A stretch of 64,000 nt of DNA from NCBI GenBank assembly GCA_017480385.1, contig JAFVAT010000028.1, positions 69,936 through 133,935 on the forward strand, given 5' to 3'. This stretch comes from Alphaproteobacteria bacterium (GTDB taxonomy: Bacteria; Pseudomonadota; Alphaproteobacteria; CAAGCB01; CAG-977). Below the pieces are notes generated by a model, which worked only from the letters and a program-made list of their open reading frames with translations, had not been told where the DNA came from and did not search any database. This document shows, one piece after another, positions 1 through 11,487 of the stretch; the first letter of the stretch is position 1; each line of letters begins with the position of its first letter. The position numbers and the translations under genes are program-made.

Positions 1-586
1 CCAGCACCTGCATCGGCAAAGGCAGAATAAACGGCACCAGCATCAGGCAAATTGATCCGATAATCACGCCGGATAAAACGTTTCCGAACAAACGAACGGC
101 CATAGCGCCCGTTGACGTTAATTCGCTCAGAATATTAAACGGCAGCATCGCCGGAGACGGTTCGATATACTTTTTCAGATACTTCTTCACACCCGCATTT
201 TTAATGCCGAAAAACGGCACGCCCAGCAACACCATTAAAGCCAGAGCCGCTGTTGTTGACAAAGAAGCCGTCGGCGTTTTAAATTCGGGAATAATCGTCA
301 AAATGTTGCACATCAGAATGAACAGAAACAATGTCCCAATAAACGGCAGATATGTCATCGGCGTCTTTGTCATTTCATTGATCTGCCCGTAAATGCCCTT
401 GACGATAACTTCCATAGCCGTCTGCCAATGGGACACTTTATTGCCCGTCTTCAAATGCCTTGTTGCCAGCCATGAAACAATCATTAACACAACCATGACA
501 ATCCATGTCGAAGCGATTGTCCAATTGATCGGAATGTTCCAATACGGCAAATAAAAAGCAATTTGCTGATCGTATAATTCTAACAT
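1..586 (-). CDS. atpB: F-type ATP synthase membrane subunit a (partial; C-terminus lies beyond window start)
   Basis: Reverse-strand translation of 1-586 gives a multi-TM protein containing ...TSTGAMAVRLFGNVLSG (the conserved a-subunit Arg region). ATG at 584-586 is preceded by AAGGAG and overlaps the stop of the upstream ORF. It is absent from the ORF track only because it runs off the window edge. Confidence 0.75.
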   Translation of the reverse strand, partial: MLELYDQQIAFYLPYWNIPINWTIASTWIVMVVLMIVSWLATRHLKTGNKVSHWQTAMEVIVKGIYGQINEMTKTPMTYLPFIGTLFLFILMCNILTIIPEFKTPTASLSTTAALALMVLLGVPFFGIKNAGVKKYLKKYIEPSPAMLPFNILSELTSTGAMAVRLFGNVLSGVIIGSICLMLVPFILPLPMQVL

Positions 587-891
587 GCAGGCATCTCCTT
601 TACCTTTTCCGCTGTCAGTTTTCGTTTAACCGCCCGCACAATAACGCTTCTTGCCGCCAGCAGCCCGATTGCGCCGCATAACAGACTGGTCGCATTATAG
701 CGCGCTAAAAAATATAACCCGACGCATAATAAAACAGAACGCACCACCCAGCTGAGGAACAAAAACATTTTCTTGCGTTCGATTTTCTGAATCCGCATAA
801 CCGAAAGCCACAACCCGCCGAAATACAGCCCGCCCAGCAACAAGCCGCCAAACAAGCCAATTCCGACAGATAAAGAAGAAAAAGTCATCAT
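580..891 (-). CDS. small hydrophobic protein, AtpR-like accessory subunit of an N-ATPase-type operon
   Basis: 103 aa with two predicted TM helices (VGIGLFGGLLLGGLYFGGLWL...; LLCVGLYFLARY) and an Arg in the membrane segment. Translationally coupled between the atpQ-like gene and atpB. Confidence 0.4.
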   Translation of the reverse strand: MMTFSSLSVGIGLFGGLLLGGLYFGGLWLSVMRIQKIERKKMFLFLSWVVRSVLLCVGLYFLARYNATSLLCGAIGLLAARSVIVRAVKRKLTAEKVKEMPAC

Positions 892-1331
892 TCGGCCTCT
901 TCCCCCCGTTCTTTTGTTTCTTCATCGTCCTCCGCAAAGGAATCCTCTTCCTCAGAGGGCTGATAAGCACTCTTTGCTTCCTCAACCAACGCATTGCGGC
1001 GATTTTGTTCTTTTTGGGCGCGTTCAATGCCTTCCCGCTTCAGCCATTGCCAAGCGCCGATCACACCGAAAGCAAACCCTAGCAGCAAAAAATTCAGCGT
1101 CCATGAAACCGAAGCGACTTTATGATGCGCGTCCATCCAGCGCCCTAGCATGACGCCAAGAAACGTCGGAATAGGAATGTTCCACCCCAAAGCACCCAAA
1201 AAAGCTAAACCGCGTGTCGGCTTAAAAGCGTCCTTATCCGTTTTATTGACCAAATGACGAGAGGCCCGCTTTGCCAGCCGTTCGGCCAAAGCACTTTCCG
1301 CTTCTGTTTTTTTCGAGGTTTCCAAATCCAT
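888..1331 (-). CDS. membrane protein, AtpQ/AtpZ(AtpI)-like ATP synthase accessory protein with acidic C-tail
   Basis: 147 aa with two TM helices (GLAFLGALGWNIPIPTFLGVMLG; LNFLLLGFAFGVIGAWQWL) and an acidic tail EEEDSFAEDDEE. Position between atpC and the atpR-like gene matches N-ATPase gene order. Confidence 0.4.
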   Translation of the reverse strand: MDLETSKKTEAESALAERLAKRASRHLVNKTDKDAFKPTRGLAFLGALGWNIPIPTFLGVMLGRWMDAHHKVASVSWTLNFLLLGFAFGVIGAWQWLKREGIERAQKEQNRRNALVEEAKSAYQPSEEEDSFAEDDEETKERGEEAE

Positions 1332-1333
1332 TT

Positions 1334-3261
<1,928 letters not shown>

Positions 3262-3394
3262 CTAATTTTTGATTTTCTTCAGAAAAGTCAACCGACCCCT
3301 CTCCCTTTTAGGCAGAAAAGGATAAAAGGATTCTTTTTCCGTATAATTCAAATACTGAAAACCCGCCGTACTTTGACGGCGGGTCGGAAAAGGA

Positions 3395-5545
3395 TTATCC
3401 CTCTGAAGGAGAAGGAGGAAAAACCACATCCGGTACGGGCGCAGGATCCAGATCCGGCGCTGGCGCCGCTGGCATTTCCGGCACCGGTACTGCCGGAGCT
3501 TCAGAAGCAGTCTGCGGTTCAGGAACGCTTTGCGCCATAGCAGCTAACGGCATTTTTGCGCCCAAACCTTTTCCCAATGTTGACTTAAAGCCCTTCATTA
3601 CCGGCACTTTGATCATGCGATGCGGCGTCGCAGAAGCAGCAGAAGAACTCCCGCCCTGCTGTCTGGCAGCCTCCAGCTGAGCGCGCTTCCATGCCGGCAA
3701 GTCAGCATTTTCATCGCCCGTTTCATTCAGCTTGAATGTTGGCGGAGGAGGCGGACGATCGTCCACGCCGTCGTCCATTTTGACTTCGACGGTAACGGCT
3801 TCTTCCAGTTCCTTGCCCTGCTCTTCCGGTTTCAAAATGACGATTTCCACGCCTTTTTTGTCTTTCGGACGAATAATCTTAACCAAATCTTCGCTCGTCA
3901 CCTTGTCATACATCATCAACACGGACAACGGGTTTTCGATGTGGTGCTGAATCAAACGCTTGATTTCACGAACGCCGTTCTTGGCGATAAAGACTTCGTC
4001 CGCAAACCATTTGCGCGCCTCTAAAGTTAATTCCGCTTTTAATCCGACCGCCTTAGCGCGCTTGACGAATTTGTTTAAGTGAATATCCACGATCGCCAGC
4101 AGGTTTTCCTCCGCCAATCCGTGGAACGGAATGATATCGTCAATACGGGCAAGGAATTCGGGACGCAGGTTTTTGCGCAGAAATTCCATACGCTGATAAC
4201 GCGGCAGGTTCGCGCCCAAGTTGGACGTCATGATCACGATCGTGTTTCTGAAGTCAACCGTCGTTCCCTTACCGTCTGTCAAGCGCCCTTCGTCCAGCAG
4301 CTGCAGCATCAGGTTCAGGATTTCGCTGTGCGCTTTTTCCAATTCGTCGAACAAAACCACCTGATACGGACGCAAACGAACGGCTTCGGTCAGAACGCCG
4401 CCGTTTTCAAACCCCGGAGTCCCCGGCGGAGGCCCCAGCAAGCGCTGCACGGAAATCTTTTCCATATATTCGGACATATCCAGACGCAGCAAAGCCGTTT
4501 CATCGTCAAACATAAATTCGGACAAAGCCTTGGCCAATTCGGTTTTACCGACGCCGGTCGTTCCGATGAACAGGAAGGTACCGAGCGGTCTGTTCGGATC
4601 CTGCAAGCCCGACTTCATACGCCGGACCGCGCCGGAAATAACGGAAATCGCTTCCGGCTGACCGATCACACGTCGACCGATGAAATTTTCCAGATCGATT
4701 AATTTCTGCTTATCTTCCGATCCGACCTTGTCCATAGGAATACCCGTCCAGAAAGACACGATATTTGCAATATGCTGTTCGGTCAAAACGTTGTCCGTCG
4801 TCGACCCTTCGTCCAGTGCCATCATCAGACCGGTCGCCGCTTCGTCCAGCAGGTCCAGAGCCTTTTCCGGAAACAGGCGGGACTTGACGTAGCGCGCGGA
4901 CATGGTCACCGCTTTCTGCAAAATATCATCGGGAATGACGATGCCATAATTTTCTTCGTACCGCGGCTTGACCCCGCGCAAAATATCGGTCACTTCGGCA
5001 GGCGTCGGTTCTTCAATGTACATCGTCTGCAGACAGCTCATCAGATCAGGGTCCGTTTCGATATACATCTTGTAAGCATTCAGCTCCGCTTCGACGATAC
5101 ACTGAATCCCGCCGTCCAAGACCTTCGGTTTAAGGAATTTAGGAATTTCATGGTTGCCGTTCGGCGTCATTGCCAAAAAGCCTAAGTCGTTAATAAACAG
5201 AACTTTTTGCCCCTTTGCCGCCTGCAGTTCCTGAAAAGCCTCTTTTAACTGGTCTTCGTATTCTGCCTGCGTTTTGCAGTCGATCATCATCGTCGCGATA
5301 TCGACACCGACAACCGTCCGGCCTTTCAGCTTCGGAGGACAGTCGCCTGCCGCCAAAGCTGCCGCCACGCCGATGACGATTGACGTCTTGCCCAGCCCCG
5401 TCTGCCCCAGCAGCATCGGATTGCTTTTCATATCGCGCAGCAAAATGTGCATCACGCGCCGGATTTCCTTTTTGCGTCCAACGATTTCTTTCAGCTCGCC
5501 GTTTTTCAGCTTTTCAGCATAATCAATAATGTATTTGCTGCCCAT
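3395..5545 (-). CDS. Clp/Hsp100-family ATPase with two AAA+ modules, no Clp_N domain, Pro/Ala-rich C-terminal tail
   Basis: AAA-1 Walker A GQTGLGKTS near the N-terminus; AAA-2 FLFIGTTGVGKTELAKAL and VVLFDELEKAH; sensor-2 region RPEFLARID. About 280 aa between the Walker A motifs (ClpA-like, no long M-domain). C-terminal ~150 aa is rich in P/A (DDRPPPPPTF...PAPDLDPAPVP). SD AGAGGG before the ATG. Confidence 0.75.
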   Translation of the reverse strand: MGSKYIIDYAEKLKNGELKEIVGRKKEIRRVMHILLRDMKSNPMLLGQTGLGKTSIVIGVAAALAAGDCPPKLKGRTVVGVDIATMMIDCKTQAEYEDQLKEAFQELQAAKGQKVLFINDLGFLAMTPNGNHEIPKFLKPKVLDGGIQCIVEAELNAYKMYIETDPDLMSCLQTMYIEEPTPAEVTDILRGVKPRYEENYGIVIPDDILQKAVTMSARYVKSRLFPEKALDLLDEAATGLMMALDEGSTTDNVLTEQHIANIVSFWTGIPMDKVGSEDKQKLIDLENFIGRRVIGQPEAISVISGAVRRMKSGLQDPNRPLGTFLFIGTTGVGKTELAKALSEFMFDDETALLRLDMSEYMEKISVQRLLGPPPGTPGFENGGVLTEAVRLRPYQVVLFDELEKAHSEILNLMLQLLDEGRLTDGKGTTVDFRNTIVIMTSNLGANLPRYQRMEFLRKNLRPEFLARIDDIIPFHGLAEENLLAIVDIHLNKFVKRAKAVGLKAELTLEARKWFADEVFIAKNGVREIKRLIQHHIENPLSVLMMYDKVTSEDLVKIIRPKDKKGVEIVILKPEEQGKELEEAVTVEVKMDDGVDDRPPPPPTFKLNETGDENADLPAWKRAQLEAARQQGGSSSAASATPHRMIKVPVMKGFKSTLGKGLGAKMPLAAMAQSVPEPQTASEAPAVPVPEMPAAPAPDLDPAPVPDVVFPPSPSEG

Positions 5546-5553
5546 TTTGCCCT

Positions 5554-6372
5554 CTAAACGTTATAAGTTCCTGTAAAAGCGCAGTGCGTCTTACCCGTCA
5601 TTAAAATATCGGTCCGATCCTTCCATTCAATCCAAAGCGATCCGCCGTCCATACGGATTTCCGCTTTTGAGGCCGACAATCCGCGACGAACCGCCGCCGT
5701 CAGCGTTGCGCAGGCACCCGTACCGCAGGCCTCCGTAATGCCGGCGCCGCGTTCCCAAACACGCATACGGATTAAATCCGTCGCCAAAACTTCGGCAAAC
5801 TCAACATTCGTCCTTTGCGGAAACATCGGGTGATTTTCGATGACGGGACCGAACTTTGCCGCGTCAAAGCGTTCAACGTCTTTTACAAAGAAAACAGCAT
5901 GCGGATTTCCCATGGAGACACAGCACGCTTTCGGCAATTCCGGCAGCACGGAAACCGATAATGTATCTGTTTCTTTTGCCAACGGGATTTCCGACCATTT
6001 TAAGTGCGGCGCCCCCATATTGACCGTTACAAGTCCGTCCGCTGTTTCCCGAAAAGCCTTTAGAATCCTTCCGTCAGGCGCTTCTATTTCAACCGCATTG
6101 CTTCCAGCTTCGTCCATCAAAAGCTTTCCCGTGCAGCGCGACCCATTGCCGCATGCCCCCGCCGTCGATCCGTCCGCATTAAAGAACAGAATTTTAACCG
6201 CCGCTTTGTCCGATTTTTCCAAGACAATCATCTGATCGAACCCGACGCCCGTTTTCCGGTTGCCGATCGCGACAATCTGTTCCGTCGTCAGATGGACATT
6301 CCCCGCCTGATTATCGATAATCACGAAATCGTTGCCGAGCCCGTCCATTTTGATAAAAGGAATTTGCGTCAT
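5554..6372 (-). CDS. dapF: diaminopimelate epimerase
   Basis: MTQIPFIKMDGLGNDFVIID N-terminus and both catalytic Cys regions (GNGSRC, ACGTGACA). ATGA overlap with dapL. Confidence 0.9.
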   Translation of the reverse strand: MTQIPFIKMDGLGNDFVIIDNQAGNVHLTTEQIVAIGNRKTGVGFDQMIVLEKSDKAAVKILFFNADGSTAGACGNGSRCTGKLLMDEAGSNAVEIEAPDGRILKAFRETADGLVTVNMGAPHLKWSEIPLAKETDTLSVSVLPELPKACCVSMGNPHAVFFVKDVERFDAAKFGPVIENHPMFPQRTNVEFAEVLATDLIRMRVWERGAGITEACGTGACATLTAAVRRGLSASKAEIRMDGGSLWIEWKDRTDILMTGKTHCAFTGTYNV

Positions 6373-7568
6373 AAAGCCAGCTTTCCTATTCTATCCAGAG
6401 CCTTTAACGTGTTTTCGCGCGACCCAAACGATGTCAGCCGCACAAAACCTTCGCCGCATTGACCGAAACCGGAACCGGGAGTGCAAACCAACTGCGCTTC
6501 ATTTAAGAGCTTTTCAAACAAATCAACCGATGTCATGCCCGCAGGCGTCGCGAGCCAGATATACGGCGCATCAATACCACCGTAGACGGTAAAGCCCTTT
6601 GCCGCCAGCGTTTCCCGAATCAGTCGGGCATTTTCCATATAATAACCGACCATTTCGCGAACCTGCTTTTTCCCCTCAGGTGAAAAAACCGCTTCTGCCG
6701 CACGCTGAACGACATACGCCACGCCGTTGAATTTTGTGGAATGCCGGCGGCTCCACATTGCGTTTAAGAAAACTTCCTCGCCTTTGCCGCCAATCGCTTT
6801 CAGCACTTTCGGCACAACCATATAAGCGCAACGAACGCCCGTAAAGCCTGCCGTCTTGGAAAAAGAACGAAGCTCGATCGCAACTTCTTTCGCCCCCTCG
6901 ACTTCGTAAATGCTGTGCGGAATATCAGGCGTTGAAATGTATTCTTTATAGGCAGAATCAAATACGATCACCGCGCCGTTTTCTTTTGCGTATTTCACCC
7001 ACGCCGCCAAATCGGCTTTCGTCAGCACTGCCCCCGTCGGATTGTTCGGAGAACACAAATAAATCAGTTCCGCTTTGCTTTTCGGAAAAGCCGGAGAAAA
7101 TCCCGCTTCTTTTGTACACGGCAAAAATTCGATTTTCCGTCCTGCCATAATATTGGTGTCGCGATAGACCGGATAGACGGGATCGGGCACAGCAACTAAA
7201 ACATCGACGGAAAACAGTTCTTGGATATTGCCGACATCGCACTTTGCGCCGTCTGAAACAAAGACTTCATCAGCATCAATGTCAACACCGCGCGCTTTAT
7301 AATCGTTATCAACGATCGCCTGACGCAAAAATTCGTATCCCTGCTCAGGCCCGTAACCGCGCATCGTTGAAGCGGAAGCCATTTCGTCCGCAGCTTTTTT
7401 CATCGCTTCGACGCACGCCAGAGGAATAGGCTGCGTCACATCGCCGATGCCCAGACTGATCACGTCGGCATCGGGCGTTTTTTCTTTAAACTCTTTGATT
7501 TTTTTAGCGATTTCCTGAAACAGATAGTTGGCGGACAAATCGGAATAATAGGGATTAGCCTTGATCAT
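6369..7568 (-). CDS. dapL: LL-diaminopimelate aminotransferase (DapL pathway)
   Basis: N-terminus MIKANPYYSDLSANYLFQEI and SFSKTAGFTGVRCAY (PLP lysine) are typical of DapL/AGD2-type aminotransferases. SD AGGAAG. Confidence 0.88.
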   Translation of the reverse strand: MIKANPYYSDLSANYLFQEIAKKIKEFKEKTPDADVISLGIGDVTQPIPLACVEAMKKAADEMASASTMRGYGPEQGYEFLRQAIVDNDYKARGVDIDADEVFVSDGAKCDVGNIQELFSVDVLVAVPDPVYPVYRDTNIMAGRKIEFLPCTKEAGFSPAFPKSKAELIYLCSPNNPTGAVLTKADLAAWVKYAKENGAVIVFDSAYKEYISTPDIPHSIYEVEGAKEVAIELRSFSKTAGFTGVRCAYMVVPKVLKAIGGKGEEVFLNAMWSRRHSTKFNGVAYVVQRAAEAVFSPEGKKQVREMVGYYMENARLIRETLAAKGFTVYGGIDAPYIWLATPAGMTSVDLFEKLLNEAQLVCTPGSGFGQCGEGFVRLTSFGSRENTLKALDRIGKLAL

Positions 7569-7576
7569 TTTTCTTC

Positions 7577-7861
7577 CTAAGCATTAAAAATTTTCTTCAC
7601 GGGGGCATCGTAAACCTGCGCGGGCGCACCATCTTCATCGATTTCGCAGACCAGAATTTGCGGCACACTTTCCAAAGTCGCCCAAACATCGTGCGGCACG
7701 TCTTTGATATGCAAAGACGGCATTTTATGCGAGCGCACCAAAACTGCTTGAGAATCTCCCAATGTCAGGCAAGGATTTTCGGGCTTGTCCTCAAACCCGT
7801 CAAAAACAAGCATCAGTTCGCCGTCATCATTAAACAGAAAATCGTATTCTTCAATTTCCAT
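7577..7861 (-). CDS. hypothetical acidic small protein (94 aa), first gene of the dapL-dapF operon
   Basis: ORF is 9 bp upstream of dapL on the same strand, with coding-like composition. No motif recognised. Confidence 0.4.
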   Translation of the reverse strand: MEIEEYDFLFNDDGELMLVFDGFEDKPENPCLTLGDSQAVLVRSHKMPSLHIKDVPHDVWATLESVPQILVCEIDEDGAPAQVYDAPVKKIFNA

Positions 7862-7997
7862 TAAACTGTCCTCCGGTTTTGCAAAACAGCGTTATCTTAG
7901 ATGAATTTTAACAGGATTAAAAGCGTTCTTTTATCTTTAAAATAAAAAGAAACGGCAAAGCGTTCCCGCCTTGCCGTTCCCTGTCGTTTTCAAAAAG

Positions 7998-9455
7998 CTA
8001 ACCGACGGTCGTTTTCAGCTTTTCGATGCCCTTGCGGATACGCGCCAAGCTTTCGTCCCTGCCGAGCAGATAGGCCGCTTCGACAGCGCCGGTCGGCGTG
8101 CATTGCTTGCCCGTCAGCGCCGTGCGGATCGGCCACAGGAACTGCCCGTTTTTCAATCCGAGCTTTTCCGGCATCGCCAGCAACGCTTCGTGCACCGCTT
8201 CGACCGAAGACCAATCCGTCATTTCCGCAACGACCTTTTCGGCCTCTTCCAAAGCCTTCAGAGCGATTTCCGGTGTTGTCTTCATTTTCTTGTGCACATA
8301 CATTTCAATGTCGTATTCCGGCAAAGCGTCAATGAAATCGACCGCTTCGGGAATTTCACTCAACACGTTGACGCGCGGCTGAACGCATTTCGACAGCACG
8401 ACCAGATCGACATCGCGCTTGACCGCGTCCTTGTAATACGGCAAAGCGAGTTCGTGGAACTTTTCGGGAGCCAAAGCGCGAACGTAAACGCCGTTCATCC
8501 ATTTCAGCTTTTCGCCGTCGAAAATCGCCTGCGACTTGTTGATTCCGTCAATGTTGAAGATTTTTTCCAACTCCGCCATCGAAAAGATTTCTTCGTCGTT
8601 CTTCGCGCTCCAGCCCAACAGGACGATATAGTTCACGATCGCTTCGGGCAGATAGCCTTTTGCGACCAAATCCTGAAACGACGCGTCGCCGTTGCGTTTG
8701 GACAGCTTGTTATGCTCGTCCTTCATAATCGGCGGCAGGTGGACGTATTCGGGAATGTCCCACCCGAACGCCTGATACATCAGATTGTATTTCGGCGTGG
8801 AGGACAGATATTCGTTGCCGCGCAGAACGTGCGTGATCTTCATCAAGTGGTCGTCGATCACGTTCGCAAAGTTATAGGTCGGCAGTCCGTCCGATTTCAG
8901 CAAAATGCCTTCATCAAGCGTTTTCGTTTCAACGGTAACGTGCCCGTAAACGCGATCGTCGAAAGACACGGTCCCTTTCGGGTCGATCGTCTGACGGACG
9001 GTGTATTTCTCGCCCGCGGCAATGCGTTTGCGGGCTTCTTCCGTGCTGATGCGCTTGCAGGGGTCGCGGAACTTGAAGGGAATACCCGCTTCTTCGCATT
9101 CCTTGCGCTGACGTTCCAATTCCTCTTCGGAACAGAAGCAATAATGCGCCCCGCCCAAATCAACCAATTTGTCGGCGTATTCCTTGTAAATCGCTTTGCG
9201 CCGGGATTGGACATAAGGCCCGTAATCGCCGCCGACGTCGGGACCTTCGTCGTGCTTCAACCCGACCATTTCCATCGTTTTGTAGATGATATCGACCGCG
9301 CCGTCGACATAGCGTTCCTGATCGGTGTCTTCGATGCGCAGGATGAACTTGCCGCCCATACTTTTGGCGACCAGATATTCATACAAAGCGGTGCGCAAAT
9401 TGCCGATGTGCATATATCCCGTCGGCGAAGGGGCAAATCTGCTTCTGACTTCCAT
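7998..9455 (-). CDS. gltX: glutamate--tRNA ligase
   Basis: HIGH motif (SPTGYMHIGN) and KMSKS-like KLSKR. Start probably at MEVRSRF (ATG 9453-9455) rather than the ORF-track start at 9503. Confidence 0.9.
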   Translation of the reverse strand: MEVRSRFAPSPTGYMHIGNLRTALYEYLVAKSMGGKFILRIEDTDQERYVDGAVDIIYKTMEMVGLKHDEGPDVGGDYGPYVQSRRKAIYKEYADKLVDLGGAHYCFCSEEELERQRKECEEAGIPFKFRDPCKRISTEEARKRIAAGEKYTVRQTIDPKGTVSFDDRVYGHVTVETKTLDEGILLKSDGLPTYNFANVIDDHLMKITHVLRGNEYLSSTPKYNLMYQAFGWDIPEYVHLPPIMKDEHNKLSKRNGDASFQDLVAKGYLPEAIVNYIVLLGWSAKNDEEIFSMAELEKIFNIDGINKSQAIFDGEKLKWMNGVYVRALAPEKFHELALPYYKDAVKRDVDLVVLSKCVQPRVNVLSEIPEAVDFIDALPEYDIEMYVHKKMKTTPEIALKALEEAEKVVAEMTDWSSVEAVHEALLAMPEKLGLKNGQFLWPIRTALTGKQCTPTGAVEAAYLLGRDESLARIRKGIEKLKTTVG

Positions 9456-9691
9456 AAGACAAATCCTTTTCTTAAAAAATATTTTTTCAAATTTGTAGCG
9501 CAATGCGCTGAAAAGTCAAGCGGACAGAAAAACAATCCGAAAAAAACGGGAATAAAAACGTTCGGCGCGAAGTTTACGACCTAACCAAAGAGGAAAGCCA
9601 TCTCACCCTAAAACGCGAAAACGAAAGAGAATTGGAAAGATGAGTGTTTAAAAATAATAACACTAACCAGAAGAACAATTTTTCTTATTAT

Positions 9692-10576
9692 TTAATATTT
9701 CAGTTTTTTTGTGTAACACGAATATGTCCTTAAATTACAAATTTGCGTAACAAAGCCTTCGCTTATAACATTACCATATATAGTATCAGATATGGATATG
9801 CCGCAAATAATGTAATCACCATAACGTGTTTTGTGTTCAAATTTTTTTTCACATATATTTTCAGGAGAAAAGACAACCTGTCTCTCATGATTTTTCATTA
9901 TTTTATTTACTTCACCTGCGCTCATCCCAGTATAAACATATTCCTCTATTTTATCTTTAACATTTTTTCTTTCAATCTTTATATTTTTAATAATATTTTC
10001 TATATTTTCAATTTGTTTAGCATACCCTTTATTTTTAGAGATAATTTTATCAAGTTTCTTTATTTTATCTTTTAAAATAAGCTTTTCTGAATTTGCTTTT
10101 TTCAAATCCGTTTGAACTTCTTGTTTTTTTTCTTTTGTTCTCTTTATTTCAGCTTCATATTGCTTTTTTAACTCAGAAAGATTTTCCGCTTTCTCTATTA
10201 GTTCACGAGGCAAACTGATTGTAGTAGAGCAGTCATTCATTTTCGGATCAAAAAAAATCAAATCAACCGTCATCGGAATCTGCATCAAAAACGGATAAGC
10301 TTTTTTAATATAAGAAGTATTTTTTTCTATCGCAACAGAACAAATTTCATCTTGTTTATCACTTTTTTGTCCCTTATGATTGCTTCTAAACAAAATCTTA
10401 TCACCATTATTAACTCTCAAAGAACTGTTTCCTGATCGAATACCATTCACCCAAGAAGGGGCTATTTCAGAATAAATCATGTCCTGAGAGCAGGATGATA
10501 AAACAAAAATAACACAAAATAAAAACAAGTATATAACGAGATTTATTTCTAATAATTGATTTTTTTTGTATAACAT
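9692..10576 (-). CDS. putative lipoprotein with coiled-coil middle and 4-Cys C-terminal domain (tandem paralog 2)
   Basis: Signal peptide plus lipobox LSSC|SQD. About 60% identity to the upstream paralog in the N- and C-terminal domains. Very AT-rich. Confidence 0.55.
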   Translation of the reverse strand: MLYKKNQLLEINLVIYLFLFCVIFVLSSCSQDMIYSEIAPSWVNGIRSGNSSLRVNNGDKILFRSNHKGQKSDKQDEICSVAIEKNTSYIKKAYPFLMQIPMTVDLIFFDPKMNDCSTTISLPRELIEKAENLSELKKQYEAEIKRTKEKKQEVQTDLKKANSEKLILKDKIKKLDKIISKNKGYAKQIENIENIIKNIKIERKNVKDKIEEYVYTGMSAGEVNKIMKNHERQVVFSPENICEKKFEHKTRYGDYIICGISISDTIYGNVISEGFVTQICNLRTYSCYTKKLKY

Positions 10577-11448
10577 TCTTCTTCATCCATTCTGCATATT
10601 TTTGTAACATAACCGCTTTTTTTATCAAAATGATATCTAGGTAATTGTACTCCACATAAAATAAAATCTTTATATCGCGTAGATTTGTCAGAACAGCTTT
10701 CGAAATAATCCACTTCATAATCATGCCCGTGCATGATTTTAGCAACTTCATTAACACTCATTCCCGTATATATATAATCTTCTACTTTCTTTTTAATTTG
10801 TCTTCTTTCATCTCTTGCATATTCGATAAAATCTTCTATTGTTTTTATTTTTTTCTCATAACTTTTATTTTCGATAATAAGCTTATTTAATTTTTCTATT
10901 TTTTGTTCTAAATCTTCCTTTTCATCATTTGCTTCATTTAAATCTGCTTGAATCTTTTCTGTTTCTATTTTTATCCGTTTTATTTCCTTTTCATATTGAC
11001 CATTCAATTTTGATAGAGCTTCTACTTTTTCCATCAGTTGGCGAGATACACTAATTGTCGTTGAACAATCGTTCTTTGTCGGATCAAAGAACACCAATTC
11101 AACCGTCATTGGGATTTGAATCGAAAACGGATACGCTTTTTTGATATAAGAAATATTCTTTTCTATTGCGACAGCACAAACATCCGCTCGGCTATCTCTG
11201 CCAGTTCCCTTATAATTTGTTCTGAACAGAATTTTATCGCCATTATTGACCTTCAACGAACTTTTACCCGATCGAATATCGTTCACCCAAGACGGAGCCG
11301 TTTCAGAATAAATTAAATCCTGCGAACAGGAAGATAAAACAGATAAACAGAAAAGAAGAAAAAATCGTTTTAACAAAGCCGTTTCCCCTAAAAAATATTC
11401 TGATTTTAAGATAAATGGCTCTACCCTTTTTATCAAGCTGAAATTCAA
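10549..11448 (-). CDS. putative lipoprotein with coiled-coil middle and 4-Cys C-terminal domain (tandem paralog 1)
   Basis: Lipobox LSSCSQD. Shares conserved blocks with the downstream paralog (APSWVN.IRSG.SSL.VNNGDKILFR..;YTGMS..EV.KIM). AT-rich. Confidence 0.55.
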   Translation of the reverse strand: MNFSLIKRVEPFILKSEYFLGETALLKRFFLLFCLSVLSSCSQDLIYSETAPSWVNDIRSGKSSLKVNNGDKILFRTNYKGTGRDSRADVCAVAIEKNISYIKKAYPFSIQIPMTVELVFFDPTKNDCSTTISVSRQLMEKVEALSKLNGQYEKEIKRIKIETEKIQADLNEANDEKEDLEQKIEKLNKLIIENKSYEKKIKTIEDFIEYARDERRQIKKKVEDYIYTGMSVNEVAKIMHGHDYEVDYFESCSDKSTRYKDFILCGVQLPRYHFDKKSGYVTKICRMDEEECYTKKINY

Positions 11449-11487
11449 TTTTTCATTAGTTGCAAATCTTTCAGAATTTGTAATTTA

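Noticed and set aside
7971-9584. 537-aa ORF on the plus strand
   Set aside because: It is entirely antisense to gltX (which has clear HIGH/KMSKS motifs) and is R/F/V-rich low-complexity; it is a high-GC3 shadow ORF. The same applies to 14311..15504 and 13714..14226 (antisense to the helicase), 28299..30197 (antisense to res), 37559..38542 (antisense to hsdR), 46494..47882 (antisense to hsdM), 2494..3540 (antisense to atpD) and 4079..5185 (antisense to clp).
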